From: Saprolegnia diclina VS20
Lineage: Eukaryota
Assembly (NCBI RefSeq): GCF_000281045.1
Contig: NW_008246117.1
Span: forward strand, 310,581 to 343,649
Length of the DNA stretch: 33,069 nucleotides
Reading direction: 5' to 3'
A program made the position numbers and the translations under genes. Of the stretch, positions 21,843-33,069 are shown one piece after another (the first letter of the stretch is position 1; each line of letters starts with the position of its first letter). The notes beneath the pieces were generated by a model, which saw only the letters and a program-made list of their open reading frames with translations, was not told the DNA's origin and searched no databases.

Positions 21843-22297
21843 CTGCCTCTTAATTTAATCAACGTACCCTACTTCATGCTGTATCATCACGCGTGCAACT
21901 TCGCCTTGCTCCACCGAACTGCCATCTCGGGTCTCTCAACTAACCTCGACGCTGCGTACCAGGCTTGCTTCCATTGCATGTTTCAAGTCGACAGCGAGAG
22001 GAGGCTGATCAAGTCGGAGCAGCTTGCTGCCGTGGTCTACGGTGCAGCGTGGGACTGATGTCATCGACGAAGCAGCTGACGACATCGATAGCGAGGAGCT
22101 CAGTGATACGAGTTGCCTCATATTGCAGTTGGACTTTGAAAGCGGTTCTTAGTGTGCAGCTCCAAGGGAAGAAGACATTATTCGTATGGACAGCTTTGAC
22201 ACAATTAGTAAGATGACGCCATCACATTCGCCAGTGGCGACCAGACAGATCCATATTGTGCTCGTATATGGATGGCTTTCAAGCTATTAGGATCTGT

Positions 22298-23303
22298 CTA
22301 GCTCGTTTGGCCGAGGGTCTCGAGGGTCCGTTGCAGGATCTCTGCGGACGTCCGCGTCGCATTGAGCACCAGGTAGTCTTCGCCATCGTCCAGCACAACG
22401 CGGTCAAATCTATGCATGTCGTGGCGATGAGAAGGTAGGTGCCAGAAGATGACGTACCCGGCATGCTCGAGCAGGTCCATGGCCAGAGGCACGCTGGCAA
22501 TCTTGGCTTGAATTTGCGCGTTCGAGAGGCGGAGCTTCTGGTACTTCACATCGTCGGGGTTCGAGAGGATGTTTTCAAGCAGCTTGACAAGCGTCGCCTT
22601 GGTTGCCACCGGAACTAACTCGTCGTCGCGGGGCGAGCTGGGCTTGGGCGGCGACGCCGACGGCTTGGCTTCGGTCGCGCCCACCGAGACACCGCGCGCC
22701 TCGGTCGAGCTGCTAATCGTCGCTTGGTACCTAACGTTAGTCGCCATGGAGATGAGCACGTCGTGTGGCATGTCGCATAGCGTACGGGTTGAAGCCGCTC
22801 TCGGCGATCTTGAGCTGCTCTAGCATCTTGGCCGCCTCAAAGGCTTCGGATCGCACCGCGCTAGGACGTGAATTCGTCACCACACACTGCAGCTCATGGC
22901 GCATACTCCTCTTCGTCGTCGTCGTCGTCCTTTTCGGTGCTGAAGGTCGTGCGCTTCTTGGGCGCGGGTAGCTCGCGCCGCTGCGCCGCCGCTGCCTACG
23001 CCCACGTCCATGCAATGCACGTCAGTCAATCGCATGTACCTGCTGCGCTCGTCGAAGCGCACGCTCTTCGTCCGTCACGTTGGCCGACCGTTTCTATCGC
23101 TGCCATGAGCAGGCTGATGGCAGAGGACCATGGCCTACCGGCGGCGGCGGCGGCGCTGCGGCCGCCGACGGCCCGGGTGCGGGCGGCGCATCCTGGAGCG
23201 AGTAGCCCGTGCCCTTGAAGGTCTGCTTCTTGATCTTCGCCTCCTGCTGGTGCTTGGTGACCTTCTCCGTCACCTTGGCCTTCGTCTTCTTGAGCCAGTC
23301 CAT
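22298..23303 (-). CDS. PUB-domain protein (probable p97/Cdc48 cofactor), about 6 exons
   Basis: PUB signature LVKLLENILSNPDDVKYQKLRLSNAQIQAKIASVPLAMDLLEHAG-F. N-terminal FKGTGYSL resembles an SHP box (FxGxGxxL). About five short GT-AG introns restore the frame. Confidence 0.82.
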
Positions 23304-23929
23304 ATCGCGTCTTGCCGTGGAAAATGTGTGTCATGCGGACACCTCGTTACAAGAACACGCGCCTTCAATCGAGGGCAATCCAAGGGCAACTGAAGAGTAT
23401 CAAGCTATCAAGTGTGCCAAGGCTGAGCACCCGATTTTCGTCGCGTCTGTGCCAAGGTGGTAGCTGCCAAGGGACCTGGCCGCCGTAGGCTAGTGGGTGC
23501 CACTCCTCGGTGGCTGGCTCGGCGCCCGTAGCTATCTATCTCTTTTCCATCAGATCTTAGCCGCCAGCGACCCCTTGTCGCATCACGGACGGCAAACCAG
23601 CACCCATTTCTAGTATATACGGTACCTCGTCTTTGCATACGACACTCGCGTGACCTACTTCGCATAAATACCTATCGAGCTACATACAAGTACGCTCACG
23701 ACTCCTAGTACCCAAAAGCCAAGGAGCTCCATCGACGCCAGTTCACTGCGGGTATTTCCGCGTGCGGACGACTCGAAGTACACGTTTGCCTGCGACCCAA
23801 GATCCTGTGTCGGACTGGCAGTGGGTTGTTGGAGACAGAGTCCTGTCGACCGCGAATGATTGCGCTCGTAAAGGGTTTACGAGGACAATCATTCGTTTCA
23901 AACGCGATTTGAATTGTACCGAGAGCTTT

Positions 23930-23944
23930 TCATTTCTCAATTCT
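23930..23944 (+). promoter_or_regulatory. Oomycete INR+FPR core promoter of the DUF4419 gene
   Basis: TCATTTCTCAATTCT is a near-consensus match about 20 nt before ATG 23952. Confidence 0.7.
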
Positions 23945-23951
23945 CTTCGCC

Positions 23952-25076
23952 ATGGTCACGTTTGCCGTCTCGTCCGTGGAGCGCAACGTCTGCAAGGCGA
24001 CGCCATCCGACCGTCAGCCCATCACGACGCTCAAGGCGTTTGCCAAAGAAGGCTGCAGAGACATTGTCCAAGCCACCCACCTCGGGCCTGTTGTTGCCTC
24101 TGAAAGTGGCTTTGTACGCGGTGTCATTGAAGCCTACAACAACCACCACGACCTCGTGCTCCGACCGGACGATATTTGGCTCGCGATTTTGATCCAGTTT
24201 GGTCTGTATGTCGATGGCAACGCCGAAGAGCTTCGGTCGTCGCTCGTCAAGCACGAAGACAAGAAGGAGCTCGTTGTTTATGACGTTGGAACGCTGTACT
24301 CTGTCGACTTTGGCGCGCTCTCCAAGCAAATGGTCGACAAGATGGACGAGCACCTCGTGGACCCGACCCTCAAGCAGTGGGTACTTCCGTCCTTCTCGAC
24401 AACGACCGACCATGACGTCGTTGTTGCCAGCGTCGTGCTCATGGCCACGATGAAGAAGTACTTTTCGTACAAATTTTGCCTTGAATGCGGCATTCCACAA
24501 GTGACGCTCCTCGGCACCGTCGACGATTGGCAAGACATTCGGCATCGACTCGACAAACTCGCCGTGTACGGCGTGCGCATGACGCAGTGGACGACGATGC
24601 TGGCGCCGATTCTCGACCAGTTTGTGGCGGCGGCACAAGGCCAAGCGGACGCTGCGTTCTGGGACCGCATCTGCAGCCATGAAGGCGGCGGCTCGGGCCC
24701 GAGCTACCTCAACGGCTGGATCAGCGTCTTTTGTGTCTTCAACGACCAAGGCAAGTGGCAAGGCGACAAGATGACCAACAGAGTGCTGCAACGCAAGCCC
24801 GACACAGAGATGCATGGTGGAGGCATTCCCTATCATTACGTCGACGTCATGTACGACTTTCCGCTCGTCGACATGCAAGACATTCCGCCGGGGTACGTCA
24901 CGGTGGACGTGACGATCGACGACAACGGGATAAAGTACAAGGCGCTCATGTTTGCGGGGCACATGGCGTACAGCCTTGGTGAAAACAAGGCATCGATCGC
25001 GCCGTCGCTGAGCTGGGCGATCGCGCTCAAGAACGGCGAGCCCACGCCTGAGGAAGTGAACCCGTTTGGGCACTAA
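23952..25076 (+). CDS. DUF4419 family protein, 374 aa, intronless
   Basis: Family motifs GFVRGVIEAYNNHHDLVLRPDDIWLAI, PSFSTTT, MKKYFSY...CGIPQVTLLGTVDDW, GSGPSYLNGWI (recognised from memory of the family). Confidence 0.85.
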   Translation: MVTFAVSSVERNVCKATPSDRQPITTLKAFAKEGCRDIVQATHLGPVVASESGFVRGVIEAYNNHHDLVLRPDDIWLAILIQFGLYVDGNAEELRSSLVKHEDKKELVVYDVGTLYSVDFGALSKQMVDKMDEHLVDPTLKQWVLPSFSTTTDHDVVVASVVLMATMKKYFSYKFCLECGIPQVTLLGTVDDWQDIRHRLDKLAVYGVRMTQWTTMLAPILDQFVAAAQGQADAAFWDRICSHEGGGSGPSYLNGWISVFCVFNDQGKWQGDKMTNRVLQRKPDTEMHGGGIPYHYVDVMYDFPLVDMQDIPPGYVTVDVTIDDNGIKYKALMFAGHMAYSLGENKASIAPSLSWAIALKNGEPTPEEVNPFGH

Positions 25077-25541
25077 AACCCCCCAGAACACAAGCTTGCT
25101 TTAATACGTTTGATTAAAATCGTTGTCCTTGATTGAAGTGCGTGGCGACGTACTAGAATGTGATCTGGATCGAGGGAAATGTCGCTGGTTTCGCTGCGAT
25201 GCATTCTGAACGTGGCTGGGACGTCTCTAACGGTGCCACGTCAGAACCCATATTTGTGTCATAAAAGGGTGCACTGTTTCGATTCCATACTGATTTCAGT
25301 ATTGGCATCCCCGCTTTTGAAGAAAACGATTACGCTTGTCATCCCAATCGGCAAACTCGACATCGCGGAACCTGGACCTCGTCAACTGTCGTTCAACGCG
25401 CATGCCAAGCACTCAACGGCCGCTGCTATGTTGGCGTTAGCGTTGGTTGTCCTTGCTACCCTTGCTATGTACGGTAGACGTAACGACCTTTGCCAACGCT
25501 TATTCGCCGACGCAAAAACCATTTCGAAATTCATTTCGACC

Positions 25542-26179
25542 ATGATGCAGCCAGCGATCGCGATGACAGAAGCGCTCGACATCATCATTGACAGCGACGG
25601 AACGTACCCGGACATTGAAGGCGGCCACGGCGTCGACCACAATGGCATTCCTCAGCGCAAGTGGCGACAGCACCTCTGCGGCTGCTGGAGCTCGTGCATC
25701 CCCAACAGTACGATTTGGAGTGGTGACGCATCGATATCATCGTGGCTTGTACTAGCGCTCATGAGTGCGCTCTGCCCGTGCATCTCGCTCGCCCAGATCA
25801 GCTTCCGCATGGGCTTTTCATCCTCTTCATATATTGCGCAGGTGCTCAGCACAGGACTCTTCTACGGCGTCTTTCTTCTCGGCTGCATCGTCGGCGACGT
25901 CGGAGGCACCTTGCTCGCGCTCGTCTTTGCACTGGGGCTATGGCTGTACATGTACCGGCTCCGGTCGCGCCTCCGCACAGTCTTTCAGATTCCAGGCTCG
26001 GTACGCCATATCCTGCATTGCGCTCAAATCTGATGGGGATCCAGATGCTCGAAGACCTCTGCGTGACGCTCCTGTGCCCGATCTGCGCCACGTCGCAAAT
26101 GGCGGCCCACGTGCAGTCGTTCGACCAAGGCTCGTGCTCGTTTGACGCCAAGTCGGTACTGCCGGGTTACCACCTCTAG
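25542..26179 (+). CDS. PLAC8-family Cys-rich membrane protein, about 181 aa, 3 exons
   Basis: W...LCGCW, LCPCISLAQI, R.RLR..FQIPGS, EDLC...LCPICATSQM. Introns at 25708-25755 and 26001-26044 give 182 codons. INR-like CCATTTCGAAATTC at 25519 supports ATG 25542. Confidence 0.85.
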
Positions 26180-26839
26180 TCCAGAATGCAACGAGTAGAA
26201 GATCGTCATAATTCCAACTTGTGATGTACTTGAACCCCCTTTTTAAGTTTGCTTTCCTGGCAACAAGCGGCTTCTCTAGGCACACAGACAGCTTGACTGC
26301 TTCGAGGACTGTAGTTTCTCCTACGAGGCAGCGTGGATCCTGTTCTTGACGACGGAGGATGGGTCGCGATCCGCTTGCCACGTGGTCCGGATACCGTAAC
26401 CGGATCACCTTCTTGCGCCAAAAACTCCGATCTCATGTTTCGGACGCTGTGCGAGCCTGCGCGCATGCAAATTCAATTGGCCGACCTCCTGCCTCTGCGC
26501 GGTGTACCCAATCGGAAGAACCGCCGTGCCGTAACCCGTTCGGGATTGGCCAAGAGGGCGTCGTTACTCACTTAGCCTCGAAGGAAAACCTCCCACAACA
26601 AATCACCAAAAATACGCACTCTCGCCAAAAGACGCCCGCCTCTCAACGCACCGTGTAAACAAAACAGAAAAACCTGTAGGAAATAATATCTCAATAGACT
26701 CATTCCAACAACGCTGTGCGAGCCGCGCTAAATGTCAATCACGACTATAGCTCAGGTTGGATCGATGACCTAACCCTAATCTGAAGAATGCACATCACGA
26801 TGATCAATCTATCTATAAATCAATCAAACTATCTATCTA

Positions 26840-28545
26840 TCAAGTGTCAAGGCGACGACCACGCGGCGCCAAGTCTCGTCGTGTCCCTCGATCTCTCCGC
26901 GTCGGTGGCTGCTCTGCATGGCGCTGTCCGTGACGCGGGCAGTGTCGATATTAGTGTTATAGGATGAAGCGGACACTGCCGATTAAACGAGCACCTTGAC
27001 TTGAAACAACTGGGACGGGTCGGTGCTACTACTGCTACTACTATTGCTGCTATTCGTGGTCGACTTGCGGGGCCGACGGGGGACGACGGCCTCGGCGACA
27101 TCCCAGTTGTACTTGCCGCTGGTCTGAATGACTTTACGGTTGTGGTCATTCTCGTCAATCGAGCTCAGTGGCGAGAGACTCGGTGGTGGCTTGGCAAAGA
27201 CGACGGGCGCGGGCTGCGTCGACACGCGCGGCGGCACGAACGTCGACAAGGGCTTGTCGATCGGTACGAACGTACTGTCGCAGCAGAGCGACTGCTCCAG
27301 CGGGTTCCCGAGCTCCGCCTCGTCCTCGTCGTCGTCCTGCGCATGTACGGGTGTCTCGGGTCGCGTCCGAAAATGTGCTGGCTCGTGGTCCTGGAAGAAG
27401 CGATTCCTCTGCGGCGACGACGCCAGCGACGGCGCCTGGACAGCATCCCGCGTCGACCGGTACGGCGACCAGTTGTGGGGCGAGTGCGACGCTGTCGGCG
27501 ACAGCGTGTGCGCGTCAAACTGCGTCCAGCTCGTATGGCGTTGGTCGTACACTGGCGACGAGCGCTGCAGCGATAAGAACCGCGCCGTCTCGTCGGCGAG
27601 CCGCTGCCGTTCGAGCGCAATGACCTCTGCCCACGCTGAGTCCAGACAAGTAGATGCGATATAGAGTACCTCGCTCTTGGCGCAGCTGGAGGCGCTCGAA
27701 GCGAATCTCATCGAGGAGCGCTTGCACCTCGGAGAGCATCTCGCGCGAGTGCTCGTTGCCGGAGCGCATCGTCGATGGCGTCACTGGCCGTGCGATGGAC
27801 GACGGTCGGTACGGCGACGTGGGAGGTCGGTAGGTAGAGGAGGGGCGGTAGCTTGTGGAGCGTGCGGGCGACGACGGTTCGTACGCCGCATGTAAAGTGG
27901 GCGCGGGCGGAGGCATCATGGTTTGGATCGTGAGTTTCGTCTTGGTCGTTGGCGGGTCCGGCAGCGGCGCTGGAAGCGCGGTCGTACCACCTGCCGATGC
28001 AAACTTGGCGCCGGGAACAAACTTGGGCGGGCGCAGCGTCGCGACGTGGCCGAGCTTTTGCTGCGCCCGCATGTGCTGGGCCTGAATGTACCGCAGCTCT
28101 AGAGGTTCGTGTGATGCAACGTGGTTGAGGTTGCCATATAGAGGCTCTACCTTCTTCGACCTGCGGCGCCTCTTCTTTCTTCCGCGCTGCGTCTTCCTTG
28201 GCCCTGCGCGCATGTTTCTCTTCCAATTGCTCGTCCAGCATCTGCAACATGCCATCAGTCTTGGTTCGGTCAAGAGAACGAGTCTACCTGACGAAAGCGC
28301 AGCTTGTCTTGCTGCCGATGCATGCGCTCGAGCCGCTCGTCGGGCTCGTGCAGCTGGAAGCGTCGCACGGACGTCGCCGAGGGCCGCCGGTAGCTCTCGT
28401 CTTCGTACACGGGCGACGCCGATGCCTGCCGCTCGGCCGACGCGCGCTGCGATGGCGTCGTCTTGTCCTCGTATGAAGCATATTCGCGCCCGGCCTGCCA
28501 CGCGTCGGCGCTCCACGGACCTCCGCGCTCCTCGGCCATGCTCAT
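26840..28545 (-). CDS. Multi-exon low-complexity coiled-coil protein, weakly CSPP1/CCDC66-like
   Basis: Consecutive ORF segments joined by short GT-AG introns: MSMAEERGG..., LDEQLEEKHARRAKEDAARKKEE, LLDEIRFERLQLRQER, LEQSLCCDSTFVPI. The last exon and stop are uncertain (26983 if the last intron is not spliced). Confidence 0.65.
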
Positions 28546-28960
28546 GCTTCCCGCCGGTCGTGTGCCAAAACTGCGATTGGCTCGATCCGGATACGGACGC
28601 TTCGAAAATCCACGTCCAAAAGCCACTGGATTCTAGTATGCCACCACAGGCCCGGCGGCAAAGTATCCGGAAAGCGGCGTGGGTCTAGACAGGTTAAACC
28701 TCTTTGACGCGATGGTCGAAATAGGTATTTCGTGCAATCGACCACGCTCTCGACGGGCGTTGCGATCACATCGCGTCCTTCCTGCATCAAGTTCGACTCC
28801 TTCCCACTCTACGCGCAACCGCCTCTTCTGACTCGACGAGCGTGGTGTAGCTGCAAATGGTTTGTATCACTGCGAGACCTTGAAGTCGTACGTTTGACGC
28901 GGTCAAATTGGGTGGAACTTATTTGAGTTAAACCCGTGTCGCAGAATCGTTGCGAGCGAG

Positions 28961-31169
28961 ATGGAGCCGACCTTCCCTCCGCTCTCGCGGCTCTTCGTCG
29001 TCTGCGGCCGCAGCTTTGACGCGGATGGCCTCGAGGCCGTCTTTTCCAAGCATGGGCCCGTGGCCTCTGTGCGCATCGCGGTTGACCGGTCCCACAAGTC
29101 CCGGGTACGCGGCGCCTGCCATGCCACTCGCCGCTCTACCTCCACCACTCTAGGGCTTTGCGTTCGTCCAGTACGAAAAGGCGGCAGACGCAGCCGCGGC
29201 CATCGACGCGCTGCACGGCCTCGTGCTCGAGGACCAGCTCTTCAAGGTCAGCATTGCGCATGCGTCAGCGCCACGCAAGACGAGCCTCACGCGCAAGCAC
29301 GCAGCCGAAGACGACGAGAGCGCGCAGCATCACGGCAAGCGCCAGCGTGACGACGCGGGCCAGCGGGTTATCGCCAAACCGATGGCGCTTCTCGAACCGA
29401 CGACCTTGGACGACAGCACGACGGTCGAGGCGGTTGTTGCAGCGCTCTTGTCCGAGATGGTCGATGGCCTTGAAGCCGCCACGACGCCGCCCAAGCCGTC
29501 GATCGTAAAGCGCAAGTGCTTTAGCCAAGAGTCGACGCGCTTCAAGCAGCCAAAGCGCGGGACTGAGCCGTCGCCACCGACCGACGTGCGCAAGGACAAG
29601 CCATCGGCCGAGCCCGACGCCCGCGCGCAGCTCAAGCGCGTGAGCTTGAAAGCTGACACTCCTAGTAGCCTCAAGCGTGCCGAGAAGAAGCGCGCGCCGC
29701 CAAAACAACCGCCGGCGCGCGTCAAGCTCTTCGTCACGAGCCTCTTGGACGTACAGGACATTGCTTTCTGCGAATATTCTCGGCTCATCCTTCTGGTCTA
29801 GTACACGCACCAGGAACTCGACGCGATGTTTCGCGTCTACGGCGACCTCGACAGCGTTGCGCTCGTCCCGTGCCAAGGCAAGCTGCGGACGATGGCGTAC
29901 GTGGCCTTTACCAAGGTAGGATGCTGCGGCATCTGTGCGGCTTCTGCATCTTCATGAATGCAGGCGTCGACCGCCCACATGGCCATCGAGTCATTTCAAG
30001 AGGATGCGTCGTCGCTGCTCACGGTAGACTCACGCGAATACACTGTCTACATCCGACTGGATGGTATCTCTGTAGGTGGTGCTGGCCGACTCGCCACCGC
30101 GACGCCCGACGCTGCAGCGACCGCCGGATGCGTATTTTGCTGCACCGTACGACGCTTCTCCGACTGCCACGTATTGATCTGATTGGAGAGAGCTAGACCA
30201 GAACGCAGTTGGCTTCTCGTCGAGTACGAAGCGACGCTATCGACTGCGATGCTGTCGCAGTGCATGTCGTCGTGCCCTGGCATGGTGCTCATGGACATCA
30301 AGATCAGTGGCGATACCAAAGCAGCCAAGGTATTCCCAACACCATTTTTGTCGAATAATTTGGGAAAAAATGACTATATTATGGGGTAGGGGGTGGTCTA
30401 TGTCAAGTTTGCGTCCGAGCGACATGCGCGCGCTGCCATTGAATTGCTATCGGCCCACGCAAGCATTGGGACGCTGGAACTGATCCCGGATCCGTCGAGC
30501 GCATACCTCGCACCGCCCCTCGACGTGGTAGAGTGTCGCATCGAAAACGATGTATAACCCTTTAGGGTTAGGACCTTCACGCAGTCGAGAGCCAGTTCGC
30601 CCACTTGATGTCGACGCGGCCGTACGTGCCGCCGCTGCACGCGTACCCGAGCGCGTACCCGCGGATCGAACCCGCCTACCCCGTCTACGAGTAGAGACAG
30701 GCGCGCTCTTTCAGGTATAAGAACTGAGGTGTAGGTACCCGCCGTACGCGCCGCCCATGTATATGGCCCCACCCTTGCCGACCGAGAGCGTCGGAACCAA
30801 AGGCATTTGGCTCCACATCACGTCGACGTCGCCGACAATGCCCTTGTGCCAGGCCGCGCTCGAGGTCAAATCCTCCATTTTCATTTCAGCCAACTTCACT
30901 CGCGTTTGCGTAGGAAGCACTCGCACCGCTCGACGTACTGCAGCTGGTTGTCGACAGTGACACGGACGCGTCGGCCAAGGTTTAGCCCAATGGTGTCGGA
31001 TACCAGAGACTATGAACAACGTGTCTAGTTTGCGGACGCCAACGATGCGCTATTGGCCATCCACGCGCTGACGCAACCCGGATCGGCATACCACGTCAAG
31101 CTCAGTCGGACGCCGTCGTCGCTGCGCGTCAACAAGAAGGCCAAGACGCACGTCTGGCCGCACGGCTAA
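28961..31169 (+). CDS. Multi-RRM RNA-binding protein, RBM45-like, about 11 exons
   Basis: RRM1 PPLSRLFVVCG...KSR/GFAFVQY across intron 29105-29153. Further RRM-like modules: KLFVTS...MAYVAF, WLLVEY...GVVYVKF and a degenerate fourth. Basic C-terminal NKKAKT. A chain of short introns keeps the frame to TAA 31167-31169. Confidence 0.8.
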
Positions 31170-31759
31170 TTGAGCGCTTGCGCGACGACCGTAACCCTAT
31201 TGTAACAAAATCGTCCCATCGGTAAGGACACAACATACGACTACGAAAGATGGCACACGTGCTAGTCTATCATCAAGCTATGGCGCAAATCTCGACCGTT
31301 GGTGTCGACAGCGATGCAGTCTGTCGACGCTAGCTCTGTCAGCTACAGCATCGCTCGCGCTCTGTAACCTTGCCTACGCCAACGATAAGATGGCTGCTAC
31401 ACGGATAGTCGTGGCGGACGTAATGAAGGCATGCATTGTCGCCTCTAACGCCGATGGCGTGCAAATCGTCGCCGCACGGTCAAGGAACGATGTCATCTGG
31501 GGGTGGGGGTGAAATGGTCTACAACAGATTGGGACCGTCAATATGACTCGCTCTGTGGGACACAGAGTGTTCTTCGTTACATGTAAATAAGAGATGATGC
31601 AGTTCTCCTACTCGCATGCTAGCAGCAAGTCAGATCTGTCATTGATGCTACTGCTACTTCACGTCGTACTCGTTGCAAATGAATAGAATATACTCGTGAA
31701 ACATGTCATTTCACGTCTCGAATACTCGTATTTATATATTCCTCACGTTTCTTTTCTTG

Positions 31760-32816
31760 TCAATAGGCTTCGAGCGGGTTGATCACAGTCACCATCAACG
31801 TCTCGTTGCGTGGAAAGAGGCGAATGTCGGGGTAGACATCGGCGTTGCGCCCAAGGTACGTCTGGACGGTCGCCACCTTGACGAAATCGACAGTGCACTT
31901 GTTGAGGTCGTCGCAAGCGGCGTGCGAGATGGTCACATGGCGCGTGTTGCCTTCCCACCGGAGCTGCAAAATGCCGGGCGTTGCATCAACGTCGTCGTCA
32001 TTACCATTGCTACTCAGCAGTCCGTCATGATGCCACATGCAGTCTTCGATGAGGCTCCAGTAGCAATGCCGGGGCGCGATCCCGAGACCGATTCGGTAAA
32101 TGTCCGACGTCCACACGGCGAATTCGTTGACGGCATCGGCGCCCACGAGCGTTGGCGGCAGCAGCGGCGACGTTCCATTGTCGGTATCCTCCATCACCGT
32201 CGGCAACAGAGTCGCCACTTGAGCGTCGTCGCCAAACTCAATCGACGTGTCGCTTCGGTCCACGTCCCAAAAGACTCGTTCGCGGAGGAAGACCGAAGCG
32301 ACTTGGACGTCTGACGTCATTGTGTGCTGCAACGCGAGCGAGACAGGCGGCAGCGAGAGGCGGAAGAACGCAAAGGTCCGCCGGAGGTGGTGGCTGCTGG
32401 CAACTGTGCCGTCGCCACATGGTGCGGTGGCCTCAAGTCGTCCCGTGCGGAGGTACTCGAGCACCATGGGGACGTCTTCGGGCCCCCAATCAAAGAGGTA
32501 GGCGCCTACTGCAAGGTTAATACTAGCTTGAGAATGACAACGCACCCGACTCGTCGCGGGGCCAGTTGGGGGCCGAGAGCACAACGGGGAAGACCGAGTC
32601 GAGGCGTCGGAGCAGTGTCGCTGTTGTTGTCTGAAACGTTGCGCCGCCGACGTTGATTCGCACGAACGCGATCGGAACGGTCGAGAGCGTGCTGGCGAGC
32701 ACTTGGAAGCGCCAGTACATGAGCACGAGCATCGCCATGCTCAGCGCCGAGACCACGAACGGGATGAGCTTGACGAGCGAGTGGACAAGCACGGAAGCGG
32801 GCGGGGTCGCCTCCAT
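31760..32816 (-). CDS. KCTD/T1-type BTB/POZ domain protein with N-terminal hydrophobic segment, 2 exons
   Basis: VRINVGGATFQTTTATL and GAYLFDWGPEDVPMVLEYLRTG joined by an intron at about 32506-32545. Alternative in-frame ATG at 32831. Confidence 0.8.
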
Positions 32817-33069
32817 CGGTCGCGCGCTCATATTTTGGTTTGATCCTACCTATTTTTATGGCACACGAATACTTAGGCAACCGACATGTAGAAGGGGATC
32901 GCACTGCTGCGACGCTACCGAACCTCGGAGTGCAAGATACTAAAATTTTCGGTGGCCAAAGGCCAAGGTATATCCTTAGCCGACAAAAACTTCTAGAGAA
33001 GAGACGCATGACTCTCAGCTAGCATGCACTCCATGTGCGCAGAGCTTGTGGTAGCGTAGGGGAGTGCTC

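Noticed and set aside
23937..25091. Long antisense ORFs (384 aa here; also 41-880, 7194-8027, 20437-21504 and others)
   Set aside because: They mirror real genes. High GC3 codon bias depletes stops on the opposite strand, and they show no recognisable motifs.
25179..25541. N-terminal extension of the PLAC8 gene, including a signal-like MLALALVVLA
   Set aside because: An INR/FPR-like element at about 25519 and the usual family length favour ATG 25542. The extension is not fully excluded.

Overview
Gene-dense, GC-rich eukaryotic DNA. The very short GT-AG introns (about 40-57 nt, often GTAC(G) donors), oomycete-like INR+FPR core promoters and gene content suggest an oomycete, probably Saprolegniales (inference). 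In order, the window holds: a dienelactone-hydrolase-family gene; a (TATC)21 microsatellite; a 10-exon myosin (motor, about 5 IQ, coiled coil, C-terminal Pin1-like WW domain); an intronless 884-aa multi-pass membrane protein; a tandem array of six diverged, intronless 82-97 aa KIX-domain-like microproteins (10665-17807); a 2OG-Fe(II) dioxygenase; an A-type cyclin with E2F-consensus sites upstream; and PUB-domain, DUF4419, PLAC8, coiled-coil, RBM45-like multi-RRM and KCTD-type BTB genes. The most interesting element is the six-gene array. Each copy appears to have its own core promoter and carries TATTTA shortly after the stop codon, and four copies share an upstream motif. This is consistent with a co-regulated family of short-lived transcriptional decoys or adaptors, but the fold and function are inferred. 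All exon models and family calls were made by eye, without database searches.
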